DNA of 64,000 bases from a virus, in the IMG/VR virus record IMGVR_UViG_3300047494_000107, positions 32,001 through 96,000 of that record. One strand, given 5' to 3'. The position numbers and the translations under genes are program-made. This document shows, one piece after another, positions 19,844 to 30,092 of the stretch. The notes beneath the pieces were generated by a model, which was not told the DNA's origin, did not search any database, and saw nothing but the letters and a program-made list of their open reading frames with translations. Position 1 is the first letter of the stretch. Each line of letters begins with the position of its first letter.

Positions 19844-20339
19844 CCCTCCTCGTGATCTCCTGAACAGAAAACGGAAGGCCGCCGGTCAAGTGCCCAGCCG
19901 TCACAGCATCATGAATCGTGTCCATGACGGCGATGCACTGTGCATTGCGATAGAGCGCGAACTTGCCGGTATAGTTCGGCTCTAGCCTGTCAAGGTCGGC
20001 GAGGAACGCCTTGTGGTTAGCGTCGACCTCAGTCTGCTGCGCCTTCGCCTCGTCAACCGCGGTATCGCGCCGCCAACCAAACGGCAAGAGATCGGCGTGC
20101 GGCACGGGCTCGCCGGCTGCAGCCGCGGCTAAGTTGTCCAGCAGTTTGGTGATTTGATGCTGGCCCGGCTCATCGGGCTTCATCTGCCAGTAGCCGAGCA
20201 AGTCGGCGAGAAAGCCTACTGCTTGATACACCTCGGCGCAGACGTCTTGCGCGTCGGACAGAGTGGCGACATGTGTCGGCCACGGGCTTATCCGGCTGTA
20301 CGGCTGGGACCTGATGTCACGGTAAGCTGTATCACCCAA
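19830..20339 (-). CDS. Hypothetical two-part protein
   Basis: GAGGAG RBS before TTG at 20339; TTGACA boxes upstream. Confidence 0.6.
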   Translation of the reverse strand: MGDTAYRDIRSQPYSRISPWPTHVATLSDAQDVCAEVYQAVGFLADLLGYWQMKPDEPGQHQITKLLDNLAAAAAGEPVPHADLLPFGWRRDTAVDEAKAQQTEVDANHKAFLADLDRLEPNYTGKFALYRNAQCIAVMDTIHDAVTAGHLTGGLPFSVQEITRRVERV

Positions 20340-20417
20340 GCGGGCGTCTCCTCGCAGCGTCTCGCTACAAGGTGTCAACATCCCCCAGGTGTGTCAAGCG
20401 GATTGTATCAAGGCAGA

Positions 20418-21632
20418 TTAGCCGACCCACTCTATGATACACAGACCGTCAGCGCCGTTGCCGCCTCCGTAGCCGTTGCCGCCCGCGCCGTTGCCGCCCA
20501 TGCCGGGGTAATTTCCGGGCGAGCCTGCGCCGCCCAAGTTACCTGTTCGGCCGCCGCTGCAGAACGACCCGCCGCCCACGCCACCTACGATAGCACCTGC
20601 AGCTATTCCAATGGAGAACCCGCCGAAGTTGCCGGTAAAGGCCAGACCGCCTGTGGCCGAACCTGGCGTTCCTCCCGAGTTCCCGTTGCCTGCCCCCGCG
20701 CCACCACCATAAGCGATGAGCGTCCCAAACACGGACGCGTTTCCGGCCGCACCATTCGCAGCCGCTCCGCCGCCCGCGCCGCCCGCGCCCACCGAGAAGC
20801 TCAGCACCTGCCCCGACGACACGGTGATGATGTTCTCAACATAACCAGCGCCTCCGCCACCCGTGCCACCCGCCGCCGAGCCGCCGCCACCACCGCCGCC
20901 ACCGCCGCCCCAAAGTCTGATTTTTGCGTAATTTACGCCTGCTGGGACGGTCTGCGTACTACTGCCCGGCCCGAAAATGAGCAGTGCTTTCGGAACCGCG
21001 GAGAAAGTCGGACGACCGTCCGCGTCAACGGTTACCAGACTGCTGGCATATGTCCCCGACGGAATATCAAGCTGAGCCCCGGCACGAACTTGGAAGGCTG
21101 TGGAGAAGTTCGTAACCGTCGTACTGCCGTGTGTGAGCGTCCCTCGCGCAATCTCCAGACTGCCGGCCGGCGTCGTCGTACCAACGTTCAGCGAAAAGCT
21201 ATCGACCACATTCGAATACGCCACGTATGGTATGAAGTTAGGGTCATACGAAGGGTGCCCCTGGGGCGGTCCGATCACCGTGAACGGACCTTGCTGCACC
21301 GTGGTCGGCGTCGCGTACCAATAGACGCTCAGCGTCCCACTACTCGGCACCAGCGACGTCGCGTTCACGACGTAGGTCTGCGTGTCCGACCCGTTCGTCG
21401 CCCCGTGCGCGCGAGCGGCGAAGTCTCCGTAGATCATCTCAAACGGCGCCGGGAATGTGGCCGTCAACGTCAACCCGCTGAAATTGTAAGTCGCGACACT
21501 CTGGTTTAGGAGCCCAATCTTGTTGGACCCGCGCTGCCGTTCAGCGATCGACGCCGTGACGGCTTGAAAAGCGGCGTCAAGCACAACGGACGAGACGTAT
21601 TGTTTATTTGAGAAGTTCGGTGTCGACGACAT
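20418..21632 (-). CDS. Baseplate/tail fibre protein with glycine-rich C-terminal domain
   Basis: Last gene of baseplate operon; TVPAGV..LWGGGGGG..GADG.CIIEW glycine-rich domain. Confidence 0.75.
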   Translation of the reverse strand: MSSTPNFSNKQYVSSVVLDAAFQAVTASIAERQRGSNKIGLLNQSVATYNFSGLTLTATFPAPFEMIYGDFAARAHGATNGSDTQTYVVNATSLVPSSGTLSVYWYATPTTVQQGPFTVIGPPQGHPSYDPNFIPYVAYSNVVDSFSLNVGTTTPAGSLEIARGTLTHGSTTVTNFSTAFQVRAGAQLDIPSGTYASSLVTVDADGRPTFSAVPKALLIFGPGSSTQTVPAGVNYAKIRLWGGGGGGGGGGSAAGGTGGGGAGYVENIITVSSGQVLSFSVGAGGAGGGAAANGAAGNASVFGTLIAYGGGAGAGNGNSGGTPGSATGGLAFTGNFGGFSIGIAAGAIVGGVGGGSFCSGGRTGNLGGAGSPGNYPGMGGNGAGGNGYGGGNGADGLCIIEWVG

Positions 21633-21642
21633 AAGGCACCTG

Positions 21643-22284
21643 CTAGCTAGAAGGATTCAAACCTGGGTCAGTCAAGTAGATGTCAGGCAAAAGCGGCTGC
21701 GCGTTCTGCGTCGACGCCGACACCACGAGAGGAACAGCCGTCACACTGTCGTCGAGGTAGCTGCCTTCGACGCGATGCGTGTCGGTGTAGTTGATAGTAT
21801 CCAGGAACAAACCGCCGTCTTGTTGCACTAGGTTGAACGGGACACCGGCTGGCCGGATACGAGAGAGGCTCACGACGAAAGCGTTGATCGCCGCTGTTGT
21901 TACACCGTTCGGAAGCGTGATCGTATAGCCTACCGGCGTCCTATCCGAGACGGTTACCGGCTGGCCGAAAACGAACTGACCCCAGATCTCAATGGCCGGC
22001 GTTGTGCCGACAAAAGCCAAAACCGTGGCGACGATACGCGTTGAATACGAGCTGTCAGCTTCGTTCTGCGCCCGCTGAATACCGAGCAGCAATCCCCACA
22101 CGTCTAGCCAACCCCACTGGGCGCTCGAAAACGAGTTGATCTGAGCGGCGATCATGTCAGCGCTGCTCGTGAAGTCCGCCGCCGGCACCGCTGATGTATC
22201 CGACAACTGCGCGAACGTCGTGCCTGGGCGAAGATAGGTCGCCGGCTGGTCCGCCAGTTGTTTCAGGACATCAAAGAAGTTCAC
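21643..22284 (-). CDS. Baseplate wedge subunit (gpI-like)
   Basis: WLDVWG..GIQR..E.D..Y..RI and RPAGV motifs; follows baseplate J. Confidence 0.8.
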   Translation of the reverse strand: MNFFDVLKQLADQPATYLRPGTTFAQLSDTSAVPAADFTSSADMIAAQINSFSSAQWGWLDVWGLLLGIQRAQNEADSSYSTRIVATVLAFVGTTPAIEIWGQFVFGQPVTVSDRTPVGYTITLPNGVTTAAINAFVVSLSRIRPAGVPFNLVQQDGGLFLDTINYTDTHRVEGSYLDDSVTAVPLVVSASTQNAQPLLPDIYLTDPGLNPSS

Positions 22285-23444
22285 GAGACGGAGACCGTGA
22301 GCGTGCTGAGAATGACGCGGTTTGGCGGCCCGCACGTGATACTCGGCACGGACGAGCCGCCGCTCGCGTAGGTCAGCGACACCGTGAGGGACGAGAAATA
22401 CCCAAGGCCAGCGTCAGCCGCCGCTGCGGCGATCTGTGATTGAGCGGCGGTGTTCGTAATCTGCAAGGCGGCAAAATAGTTCTGCACCTGCGTCTGCACC
22501 GCGACCGCAACCTGAGACGGCGACGCGCTCGGCAGAAGGGTTCCCGTCACGCCAACGTTCGCGTAGATAGGCGTAACCCCGCTCACGGTGTACGGGACAC
22601 CGGCTGGACGGTACCCCGACGTGTTTGTCGCCGCGCTCCCAAGCAGATAGGCCGCGCAGGCGCTTATCAGGTCCGGCTGAGCGCCGCCCGACCCGTCATC
22701 AATGAAGACAGTGAATCCTGCTGTGCCGCTGCCCGATCCAGACCCTGCGGTGATCCAAGGCTCCCAGCATGACGCGAACTGACAGACCGTGCCGCCTGAC
22801 CCTCTGACACCCACGCACGCGTTCGCCACAGCCGTTGGCGAGCAAAGGCCGAGTTTGGCCTGCGCCGCGGCTAGGCGGGCTAGCGTGACGCTTGGCGCCT
22901 CTGCCGACGCCCCGTTCGTGATCGGCGCCGCGTTGTTCACGTAGAGCGGGTAGCCGATGTTGCTCAGAATTTGCGTGACGGAATCAGCTGGCGCGTTGCC
23001 TGCCGCTCCGCCGATGAGCGCGGAGATCGACGCTGTGGCACCCGTGCCGCCGACAGATATCGTCGTGTCGATCGTCGTCTGATATTGCGCGCCGCCCGCC
23101 GTGGCGACGATTGTGCCGGACGGAATGTCGATGTCTTGCGACGCGGCCGGCGGCGAACTCGTGAACGACGTCGCGAACGTCACGCTTCCTGTAGCTTGCT
23201 GCGCGGGGTAAGCGGCGATCCCATACGCGGACGCAGACCCATACGCGAGGGCTTTCACGGCTTGTGCGGTCGTCGCAACACCTTCAAAGTCAAGCACACT
23301 ACCGAACGCTTCGGCCATGGTGCGCACTTGCGACCCAACGTTGTAGTCGGTCGGCTGGCCACTGAGCGCCGCAATGGTCGTGAGAGTACGCTGAGCGACG
23401 CTTGCGGTTGTCGGAGGCGCTGCGAGAGATGTCGTGCCAGACAT
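22281..23444 (-). CDS. Baseplate J-like protein
   Basis: DYNVGSQVRT; ATGSVTF; IPSGT; GAAGN; V.N...ITNG...E; YRPAG. Confidence 0.88.
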   Translation of the reverse strand: MSGTTSLAAPPTTASVAQRTLTTIAALSGQPTDYNVGSQVRTMAEAFGSVLDFEGVATTAQAVKALAYGSASAYGIAAYPAQQATGSVTFATSFTSSPPAASQDIDIPSGTIVATAGGAQYQTTIDTTISVGGTGATASISALIGGAAGNAPADSVTQILSNIGYPLYVNNAAPITNGASAEAPSVTLARLAAAQAKLGLCSPTAVANACVGVRGSGGTVCQFASCWEPWITAGSGSGSGTAGFTVFIDDGSGGAQPDLISACAAYLLGSAATNTSGYRPAGVPYTVSGVTPIYANVGVTGTLLPSASPSQVAVAVQTQVQNYFAALQITNTAAQSQIAAAAADAGLGYFSSLTVSLTYASGGSSVPSITCGPPNRVILSTLTVSVS

Positions 23445-23462
23445 GAGACTGTTCCTGGTGGG

Positions 23463-24926
23463 CTAGCCCGGTCCTACCGGGGTAAATGTCTGGTTCACGC
23501 TGATCGGCTGCGTACCAAAGCCGACTGGCTGGACCGTGGCGCTGAAGGTGACCAGCGAATTGCCGCCGCTTGGCGCCGTGGCTGTCGCTGATACGACGCT
23601 GCTGACACGACCGTCGCTCAGCAGGGCGGACTCTCCATATGCGGAGATACGCTGCAGCTCGTACGCCGCCTGCACGCTGCCGACTTCTGGCGGTATCCGC
23701 GAGCCGAACTGCGTATGGTAGATCAGGTCGCCGATCGTCGTTTGGAGGCGACGCCCGAGCGAGAACGCCAGATTGGCGTAGCCTGTGATCGTCTGAAAAT
23801 CGCCCGTCCATGGCGGCATCGGCGCGTTCATCGGGCCGAGATAGATGTCGACACCGAGAATGTCGGTCACGTAGGACGGCACCGGATAGCCAGCGACATA
23901 GTTGCTGCCAAACGACGGCGGCAGAAGGATGTCGTTGCCATAGTTCGCGATCGTCGTGCTGTCCGGCGCATACCCCGTCCAAGGCGCTGACAGTCCGTTC
24001 AGGGCGGCGATGTTCGACCACTGGCTGTAATCGCCGAGATTACGGGCGGCAACGTCCATCAGACTGTCGTTCGTGCGCACCTGCGCGAGGTTGATCGTGC
24101 TGGACACGGACTTGCGCAGCGTCAACAGAAGGAGCGCCAAGTTGTCGGCCAGCAAGCCGAGCGTGTGCTTGATCGCGCCACATTCCTGGTTGATGAAGAC
24201 GTGCGGCGGCGAGAACAGGAGGCTTGCCAATGTCGTGAGCGTCGGCAGCGACACCATCTGATTCCAGAGAGTTGACGGGTCGCTGGCGCCCAGGACGTCC
24301 CGAGAATCGAACGGCCCCGATTGCAGGCTGGCCAAGCCGTTTGCGATATACGCAGACGAGGCCAGCATCCTCGCGGGGGCGTCTTGCGCCTGCGTGGCAC
24401 CCATGCCTTGGACCGTCACCACCGCGTCGAACACTTCCTGCCACGCAGCAACTTCGGCGTTGGCGTTTGCAACCAGACTAGCTGCGGTCAAGCCACTCGG
24501 GACAGCCTCGTAGGCGGATTGCAGCCAAGATTCGATGAGGCTGCCATAGGCAATGCACGGCTGGCTGGCCGTTAGGAGCGCGATAGCGTTCGTGGGTGTG
24601 GCAGCCGGTATGGCATAGGCGATGCCGGCTATTGCGGCTTCGAGCGCGGCGATGCGCGCATCGAACAGGATCTGCGTGGGCGTTGACAGCGACAGGTCAA
24701 GCGCCTGCGTCTCATTCAGGAAAATGAGTTCACCCTGCCACGCGTTCTGAGTTTGCCACGCCTGTATGGCGTACATGCCGTTACGAAGAGACGTATAAAC
24801 CGCCTGTATGGCGCTCGCGGAGTTGATGGGGTTGGTTGTGTCAAGAGTCGACGACAGCCACTGGACCGCGGCGTAGCAACAACCCCAGACCGCTCCAGGA
24901 TAGCCGATGTAAGCGCGACTGCTCAC
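23463..24926 (-). CDS. Baseplate protein: LysM-like domain fused to gp25/gpW-like domain
   Basis: DSLMDVAARNLGDYSQWSNIAALNGL; NL..RRL.T..G.L..H..FG; ALLSDGRV. Confidence 0.75.
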   Translation of the reverse strand: MSSRAYIGYPGAVWGCCYAAVQWLSSTLDTTNPINSASAIQAVYTSLRNGMYAIQAWQTQNAWQGELIFLNETQALDLSLSTPTQILFDARIAALEAAIAGIAYAIPAATPTNAIALLTASQPCIAYGSLIESWLQSAYEAVPSGLTAASLVANANAEVAAWQEVFDAVVTVQGMGATQAQDAPARMLASSAYIANGLASLQSGPFDSRDVLGASDPSTLWNQMVSLPTLTTLASLLFSPPHVFINQECGAIKHTLGLLADNLALLLLTLRKSVSSTINLAQVRTNDSLMDVAARNLGDYSQWSNIAALNGLSAPWTGYAPDSTTIANYGNDILLPPSFGSNYVAGYPVPSYVTDILGVDIYLGPMNAPMPPWTGDFQTITGYANLAFSLGRRLQTTIGDLIYHTQFGSRIPPEVGSVQAAYELQRISAYGESALLSDGRVSSVVSATATAPSGGNSLVTFSATVQPVGFGTQPISVNQTFTPVGPG

Positions 24927-25645
24927 GGATCGGCAATCGAGAACGACGGCACATTGTTGCCCGCTATGAAGTCGGTCAACCCGGAGCCTGTGTAAAGCGT
25001 CGCGAAAATGTTCAGGTTGTTGGCGACGTTCGCCGCGGTAGCCGTCGCCGACCCGCCGAACACATTGGCCAAAGCGTCAAGAACGCCGGTTATGGGGGCG
25101 CTGACTTTCTTGATCGCCACCAGCCGAAACCGGTAGTTGACGTAGAGCGGCCGGTCTTTTGACTGGTATAGCCCTTGCGGTCCTTCTGGCGCCACCTGCC
25201 AGTAGTCGTTCCGAAAATAATCGTAGAACTCCAGCGTATAGAGCGGCGCTTGCTGGGCGATCTGCGTCTGGTTAAGTCTGGCGAATTTCGCAAAGAGCAG
25301 TTCGACGGCCTGGACAGACGCGAGACCAGTGAACAAATAGCCGTCCGTCTGGTGGCGTTTGTTGCCGGTCGACCCTTCTATCGTGAAGACGGGCGGCGCT
25401 TGGCCGAACATGTCAACTTCGCGGTCCACGCCGCCTTGGAATGGTTGTCCCTGCGTATCGTAGACAGCCGTCATGGCCGTCCACTCTTTGCGGAGACTTT
25501 CAGGCGACATGGGAAACGTGTAGGTCAGGTATTCAGAACGCAGTTCGCCGGGTCCGCGAATCGACAGTGCGTAAATCGCCGCTTGGTAGTTTGGGTTGTC
25601 GATCGTCCTGAACGACATCCCTGTCGTGGAGATGAACTCGCTCAT
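24923..25645 (-). CDS. Baseplate/tail-tube-initiator-like protein
   Basis: FPMSPES..TQG..D.FG..P.FTIEGSTG; within the baseplate operon. Confidence 0.6.
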   Translation of the reverse strand: MSEFISTTGMSFRTIDNPNYQAAIYALSIRGPGELRSEYLTYTFPMSPESLRKEWTAMTAVYDTQGQPFQGGVDREVDMFGQAPPVFTIEGSTGNKRHQTDGYLFTGLASVQAVELLFAKFARLNQTQIAQQAPLYTLEFYDYFRNDYWQVAPEGPQGLYQSKDRPLYVNYRFRLVAIKKVSAPITGVLDALANVFGGSATATAANVANNLNIFATLYTGSGLTDFIAGNNVPSFSIADP

Positions 25646-27369
25646 GACAGCTTAATCAGCGCGCCAGTCATGCTGGTCGAGACGTATGTGACAGCACCAC
25701 TGACCAGGATGCCGCTAGTACCGAGAGGCACGTTTTGAGGCTGACCAGACTGTTGGGCCACAACACCCGAACTGACTATGCCGCTCGGCGCGACAGTGTA
25801 GAGATTGTTGTTAGTCGTCGTGACGTAGGCACTGCCTGATCCCGTATCAGCGATGGCGGTCGGCACATTGTCAGGGCCCAGAGGGACACTCGTCCATCCC
25901 GACGTCGAAAAATTGTAGAACGAGACTTCGCCGCCCCTAACAGGCACGACAGTATAGGGGGCACCAAAGTTGTAGAGCGCCGTGTCAGACGAGCCGTAAC
26001 AAAATAGAGTTTCATTCACGAGCAACAAGCCGTGGCCACTACCGACGGCGGTCGTAACCGAAGACTGCTGTGACCAAGTGCTGCTCGCGGATGGGTTACC
26101 TATGACGTGCAATTGAGCCGACGTCGGATACTCTAGCAAAGATACTTGACTATTGAACGCCGCCATAGCTGTACATGCGCCGTCCAGAGTCCCGTATTTC
26201 ACCTGCGCGCCGTTGATTGCCGCGAAATGCCCTGTCGCAGCGGCGTAAACCGTGCCCGTGTTGTCAAGCGCGAGCTGCGTCGGCGTGAATGAAAGCGCCG
26301 CCGTTGATGTCACCGACCAAGTATTGACGACCAGCGATAGTTTCGCCACGCCGCTCGTCGTCGTCGCGACAGCGGTGGATGGCGTCGTCAGCAATACAGC
26401 AGACGAGTTCGCCAGTACGATGTCGTTGGAGGGATTGGTCGCCCACGTGCCTCCCGTCTGAAGAAGAGGAACGATCGTGCCGCCTGTGCAGACTAACGCG
26501 TGCGTGTTGTCCGCTACTGCGAGCATACCGGCGGCGCCCAATGACGCCGTCTGCGCCACCGACAGCGCACCTGCCGAGTAGCCGAGGACTTTAATGAGGT
26601 TGTTGGCCGTATCGGAGATCAAAATCTGCGTGCCGTTCGGCGTCCACGCGCAGCTCACCGGGCTTGACGACAGACCTGTCAACGTCGTCACAGGCGTCCA
26701 TAGGTTCGTCCCAGTCGATGCCGCCGAGTAGACGGTCGCGGAACCCGCCGTCACCGCCACGATCTGGATAGCCGCGGCATCGGCTGCCATCGTCGCGTAA
26801 CCTGACCCAAGACTGTACGGCGCGTAGCCTGCAGCAGCCATGAAGCCTGATACTGACGCAGCACATGTCACATTCGCCACGCCAGACGGGAGCGCCACAT
26901 AAGAAGGTGTGCCACTAGGCGGTACCGACAGCCCCATGCCCGAAGCGCCGAACGCTGCGATATAGCCGCTGACCGCATAAGCCGCGCAGGCTGTCGGCGC
27001 CACGAACGTCGTCTCAAGCGTGCCCGACGCGTTTACGAGTTGACCGCCGTATTGCAGAGCGTAGACCGCGCCCGAGGCGTAAATCGCGTCGCTATAGACG
27101 CCACTGGGCAGCGTCACCTCGCCGTTTGGTCCGTAGAGAAGTCCTGCGGTGTTCAGCGCGTACAGGTTGCCGCTGCCATCGTTGACCATGGCCGCGATTG
27201 AGCCGCCGTCCGTGGTGCTGAACGCAACGGGCGACCCGCCTGCCGTCGGCGTAAACTCCCATGCAACAGGGTTGTAATCGTCGCCGACCACGATGTTGGC
27301 GCCCGACGTCGCCAGTGACTGGCCGCGCGCCGCCTGTCCTGATACGGGCCAAAGATACGTCGTGGTCAT
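25642..27369 (-). CDS. Beta-propeller-like virion protein
   Basis: Repeated strand motifs (DGSGNLY, AWTPNG..I, ALDNTG.VY); first large gene of the operon. Confidence 0.55.
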   Translation of the reverse strand: MTTTYLWPVSGQAARGQSLATSGANIVVGDDYNPVAWEFTPTAGGSPVAFSTTDGGSIAAMVNDGSGNLYALNTAGLLYGPNGEVTLPSGVYSDAIYASGAVYALQYGGQLVNASGTLETTFVAPTACAAYAVSGYIAAFGASGMGLSVPPSGTPSYVALPSGVANVTCAASVSGFMAAAGYAPYSLGSGYATMAADAAAIQIVAVTAGSATVYSAASTGTNLWTPVTTLTGLSSSPVSCAWTPNGTQILISDTANNLIKVLGYSAGALSVAQTASLGAAGMLAVADNTHALVCTGGTIVPLLQTGGTWATNPSNDIVLANSSAVLLTTPSTAVATTTSGVAKLSLVVNTWSVTSTAALSFTPTQLALDNTGTVYAAATGHFAAINGAQVKYGTLDGACTAMAAFNSQVSLLEYPTSAQLHVIGNPSASSTWSQQSSVTTAVGSGHGLLLVNETLFCYGSSDTALYNFGAPYTVVPVRGGEVSFYNFSTSGWTSVPLGPDNVPTAIADTGSGSAYVTTTNNNLYTVAPSGIVSSGVVAQQSGQPQNVPLGTSGILVSGAVTYVSTSMTGALIKLS

Positions 27370-27601
27370 ATTGACGCTTGTAGCACGCGTCTTGAGACAG
27401 GCGGAGGGCTAGAACCCTGCCGCTCGCCGGCTGTCCGGTAGTAGACGTAAAGGTAGTATTTTGAGTACGGCGCCGAGCCTGGAGGCCAACCAGACCCGGC
27501 GCCTGACCCATCGCTCACAGGAGCTTCGCCATGGGCTACCGAGACTCTACACCGCTTCATCTAGGCCGGCCTGGAACAAAAACGTCAACAGGATCGGTTT
27601 C

Positions 27602-27829
27602 GTGAGCGAGCACAACGACATCGTAGCTGACTGGTCCGGCTGGATTGTCGGCCACATCTTGGTGGTTATGAGTCTGTTCTCCACCGCGCTGGTCGGGATC
27701 ATACGGTTCGCATTCGGCGCTTCGAAGCTACTCACCGAAGTCAAAGGGCTGAGCGACCGGATCGACCGCCAAGGCGACCAACTCAACCTCATCATCGACA
27801 AGCTGAAGTTGCCGATCGCGGACAGGTAG
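27602..27829 (+). CDS. Small membrane protein (holin/antiholin-like)
   Basis: One TM segment plus coiled coil; directly before endolysin. Confidence 0.55.
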   Translation: MSEHNDIVADWSGWIVGHILVVMSLFSTALVGIIRFAFGASKLLTEVKGLSDRIDRQGDQLNLIIDKLKLPIADR

Positions 27830-27845
27830 CTTTATATTCTCCGCT

Positions 27846-27889
27846 CTTGATACATCTTGCGATTCTTGAGACATTCGTGGTATGATACA
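27846..27889 (+). promoter_or_regulatory. Lysis promoter with three operator-like repeats
   Basis: CTTGATACA, CTTGAGACA, TATGATACA; TTGCGA-18-TATGAT. Confidence 0.55.
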
Positions 27890-27912
27890 CGTCGACACGG
27901 CGAGATGGTGCG

Positions 27913-28479
27913 ATGGCCTCGGTTGACCGTTTCATGGCGTTGATGCGCGAGGTCGAAAGCGACACACTCGACCTGGACCCGAATGACAGCGGCAACTACC
28001 CGAGCGGACAAGTCGGCGTGGGGCCACTCGTCGGCAGCAAATGTGGCATCAGCGCCGCGTCCTACCCGACCCTGGATATAGCCAATCTGTCCGATGACGC
28101 CATTCAGGCTATCTACCAGCGCGACTACCTTGACCCGATACAGTTCTCGGCGCTGCCCGACGCGACCGGTATTATGGTAGCGGATGAAGCCGTCAACCAA
28201 GGCGTGGCCGCGGCGAAGATCACACTGCAGCAGGCGGTCGGTGTGACAGCTGATGGCTGGATCGGGCCGCAAACTTTGGCGGCGGCGGCGGCAGCGGATG
28301 ATGCGTCTCTCGCGGCTGAGATCTGGGCTCGTCGCGCGTTGAAATACGCGACCACGAACCGCTTCAGCCTTTACGGATTGGGCTGGATGCGCCGCATCGT
28401 CAAGGCGTTCACATCGGCGGTCCCTGCGGCATTGCCGTTGAGTGTCAAGTTCTCTGGCAAAACACCGAAGTCCGGCTGA
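27913..28479 (+). CDS. Endolysin, glycoside hydrolase family 108 with peptidoglycan-binding C-terminus
   Basis: DPND.GN..GSKCGIS..YP.LDI.NL..AIY..DY; D.AVNQG; LQ..G..ADG.IGP.T; GW.RR. Confidence 0.88.
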   Translation: MASVDRFMALMREVESDTLDLDPNDSGNYPSGQVGVGPLVGSKCGISAASYPTLDIANLSDDAIQAIYQRDYLDPIQFSALPDATGIMVADEAVNQGVAAAKITLQQAVGVTADGWIGPQTLAAAAAADDASLAAEIWARRALKYATTNRFSLYGLGWMRRIVKAFTSAVPAALPLSVKFSGKTPKSG

Positions 28480-29519
28480 TGCGTGCCGACCTTCTTCATG
28501 TCGTGACGGCTATCTCCAATCCGGTTCGCTGGAAGAGCCGCTTGTCGCTCTACAAAGACTTTGAGCAGCACATGCTCGAAAGTGGCGTCAAACTCTATAC
28601 CGTCGAGTGGGCTTTGGGTGATCGGCCGTTCGAAGTGACATGCGCCGACAACCCAATGCACCTGCAGATCCACGGCAATGACCTGCAAGAGATCTGGATT
28701 AGGGACGCTCTGATCAACGCGGGTGTCCGCACGCTGCTGCCGAAAGAAGCGAAATATATCGCCTGGATCGACGCCGACATCAAGTTCTTGCGGAGGGACT
28801 GGGCGGCTGAGACCGTCCATATGCTCCAGCACTACGCCGTTGGTCAGGTGTGGACGAACAGCATCGACGTGGCGCCCAACGGCGACATCGCACCGAACGA
28901 GTGGAACAACTCGGCGGATCGCTCCTTTTGCGCAGCGTGGCAAGCCGGTGACCTGGACGACCCGTGTGAAATCGGCAAACAGATCGCAGCCGGTTCAAGT
29001 TCACCGCCTCCAAGCGCGTTGGCGGCCCGACCAAAGTCGAGCGTGTTCAAGCGCCCGGACGGCAAAGAGAAAGACTGGAGAGCACACACCGGCTACGGCT
29101 GGGCGATCCGCAAGGACGTGTTCTCCGAGATGGGCGGCCTTCTTGACTGGATGGTGACGGGTAGCTGCGATTGGCACATGGCGCGTGCATTCGTCGGGCT
29201 GCCGGAGCCGAACGACCAGCGGATGACACCGGCCTACAACAGGCGTTTACAGGAGTTCTGGCTGCGGGCTGACCGCGCTGTGAAGCAGAACGTCGGCGTG
29301 GTGCCGGGGACCGTCGTGCATGGCTGGCACGGGCGTAAGAAGGATCGCCAGTATTTCACGCGGTTCGACGTGCTGATCGACAGCAAATTCGACCCTGACC
29401 TCGACCTTTCGTACGACTGGCAAGGCATCCCTCAGATCACAGGCGACAACCGTCAGCTCCGCGACGGGCTGCGCAAGCTAGCGCGCAACAAGAATGAAGA
29501 CTCCGTCGATATCGCCTAA
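28479..29519 (+). CDS. Putative GT-A fold glycosyltransferase
   Basis: W.RD.LIN.G..YIAWIDADI (DxD); HTGYGWA..GG..GS.D; H.WHG. Confidence 0.65.
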   Translation: MRADLLHVVTAISNPVRWKSRLSLYKDFEQHMLESGVKLYTVEWALGDRPFEVTCADNPMHLQIHGNDLQEIWIRDALINAGVRTLLPKEAKYIAWIDADIKFLRRDWAAETVHMLQHYAVGQVWTNSIDVAPNGDIAPNEWNNSADRSFCAAWQAGDLDDPCEIGKQIAAGSSSPPPSALAARPKSSVFKRPDGKEKDWRAHTGYGWAIRKDVFSEMGGLLDWMVTGSCDWHMARAFVGLPEPNDQRMTPAYNRRLQEFWLRADRAVKQNVGVVPGTVVHGWHGRKKDRQYFTRFDVLIDSKFDPDLDLSYDWQGIPQITGDNRQLRDGLRKLARNKNEDSVDIA

Positions 29520-29538
29520 CACCACAGGACCCAACACC

Positions 29539-30072
29539 GTGAACAAGACTGCTCTTTTCGCCGCTACCATCCTCGCCGCGTCGACGCCGCTGTTCGCACA
29601 CGCTGCGGATATCGTCGTCAGTGCGGCGCCGATCACGGACTACCTGCAGCCGGCTGTCGACGCCATGAAAGCGGGGCTGGTTGCGGCGCTCAGCGCGTGG
29701 CTCATCAAGCATGTGCGCAATCAGCTGCTTCGCGCGGCGCTGCAGAAAGCGATCGTGTCGGCCGGGGCAGGCGTCTACAGCGCCTTGGTGATCGGCGGCA
29801 AGACACTACTTGATGGCGGCTTGGTCGAAGGCGCCGTGGCGTCGAAGACGAACGCGCTCATCGCCGCTTTTCCCGACACGATGAAGACGCTCGGCGTGAC
29901 ACCGGCCGACCTGCACAACGCTGTCGCCAATGCGTTCGGGCTGCACCTCGCCGCCGACCCAACCGTGACACTGCCGAAAGTGGTAGCGACGAAACCCGCA
30001 ACCGCTAACGCGGACACGACGAACACTACCCCCGCTACGACCGTCTCAGGCGGCACCGTAGCCGTTTCGTAA
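29539..30072 (+). CDS. Membrane protein in lysis module (holin-like)
   Basis: Signal-like N-terminus plus hydrophobic segments. Confidence 0.5.
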   Translation: MNKTALFAATILAASTPLFAHAADIVVSAAPITDYLQPAVDAMKAGLVAALSAWLIKHVRNQLLRAALQKAIVSAGAGVYSALVIGGKTLLDGGLVEGAVASKTNALIAAFPDTMKTLGVTPADLHNAVANAFGLHLAADPTVTLPKVVATKPATANADTTNTTPATTVSGGTVAVS

Positions 30073-30092
30073 CCACAGAAGGACCAATAAAC

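Noticed and set aside
20154-21509. 451-aa plus-strand ORF and similar long antisense ORFs
   Set aside because: GC-rich shadow frames opposite well-supported genes
27366-27560. 64-aa minus-strand ORF upstream of the baseplate operon
   Set aside because: It has an ATGA overlap and could be real, but no clear RBS or motif; left uncalled
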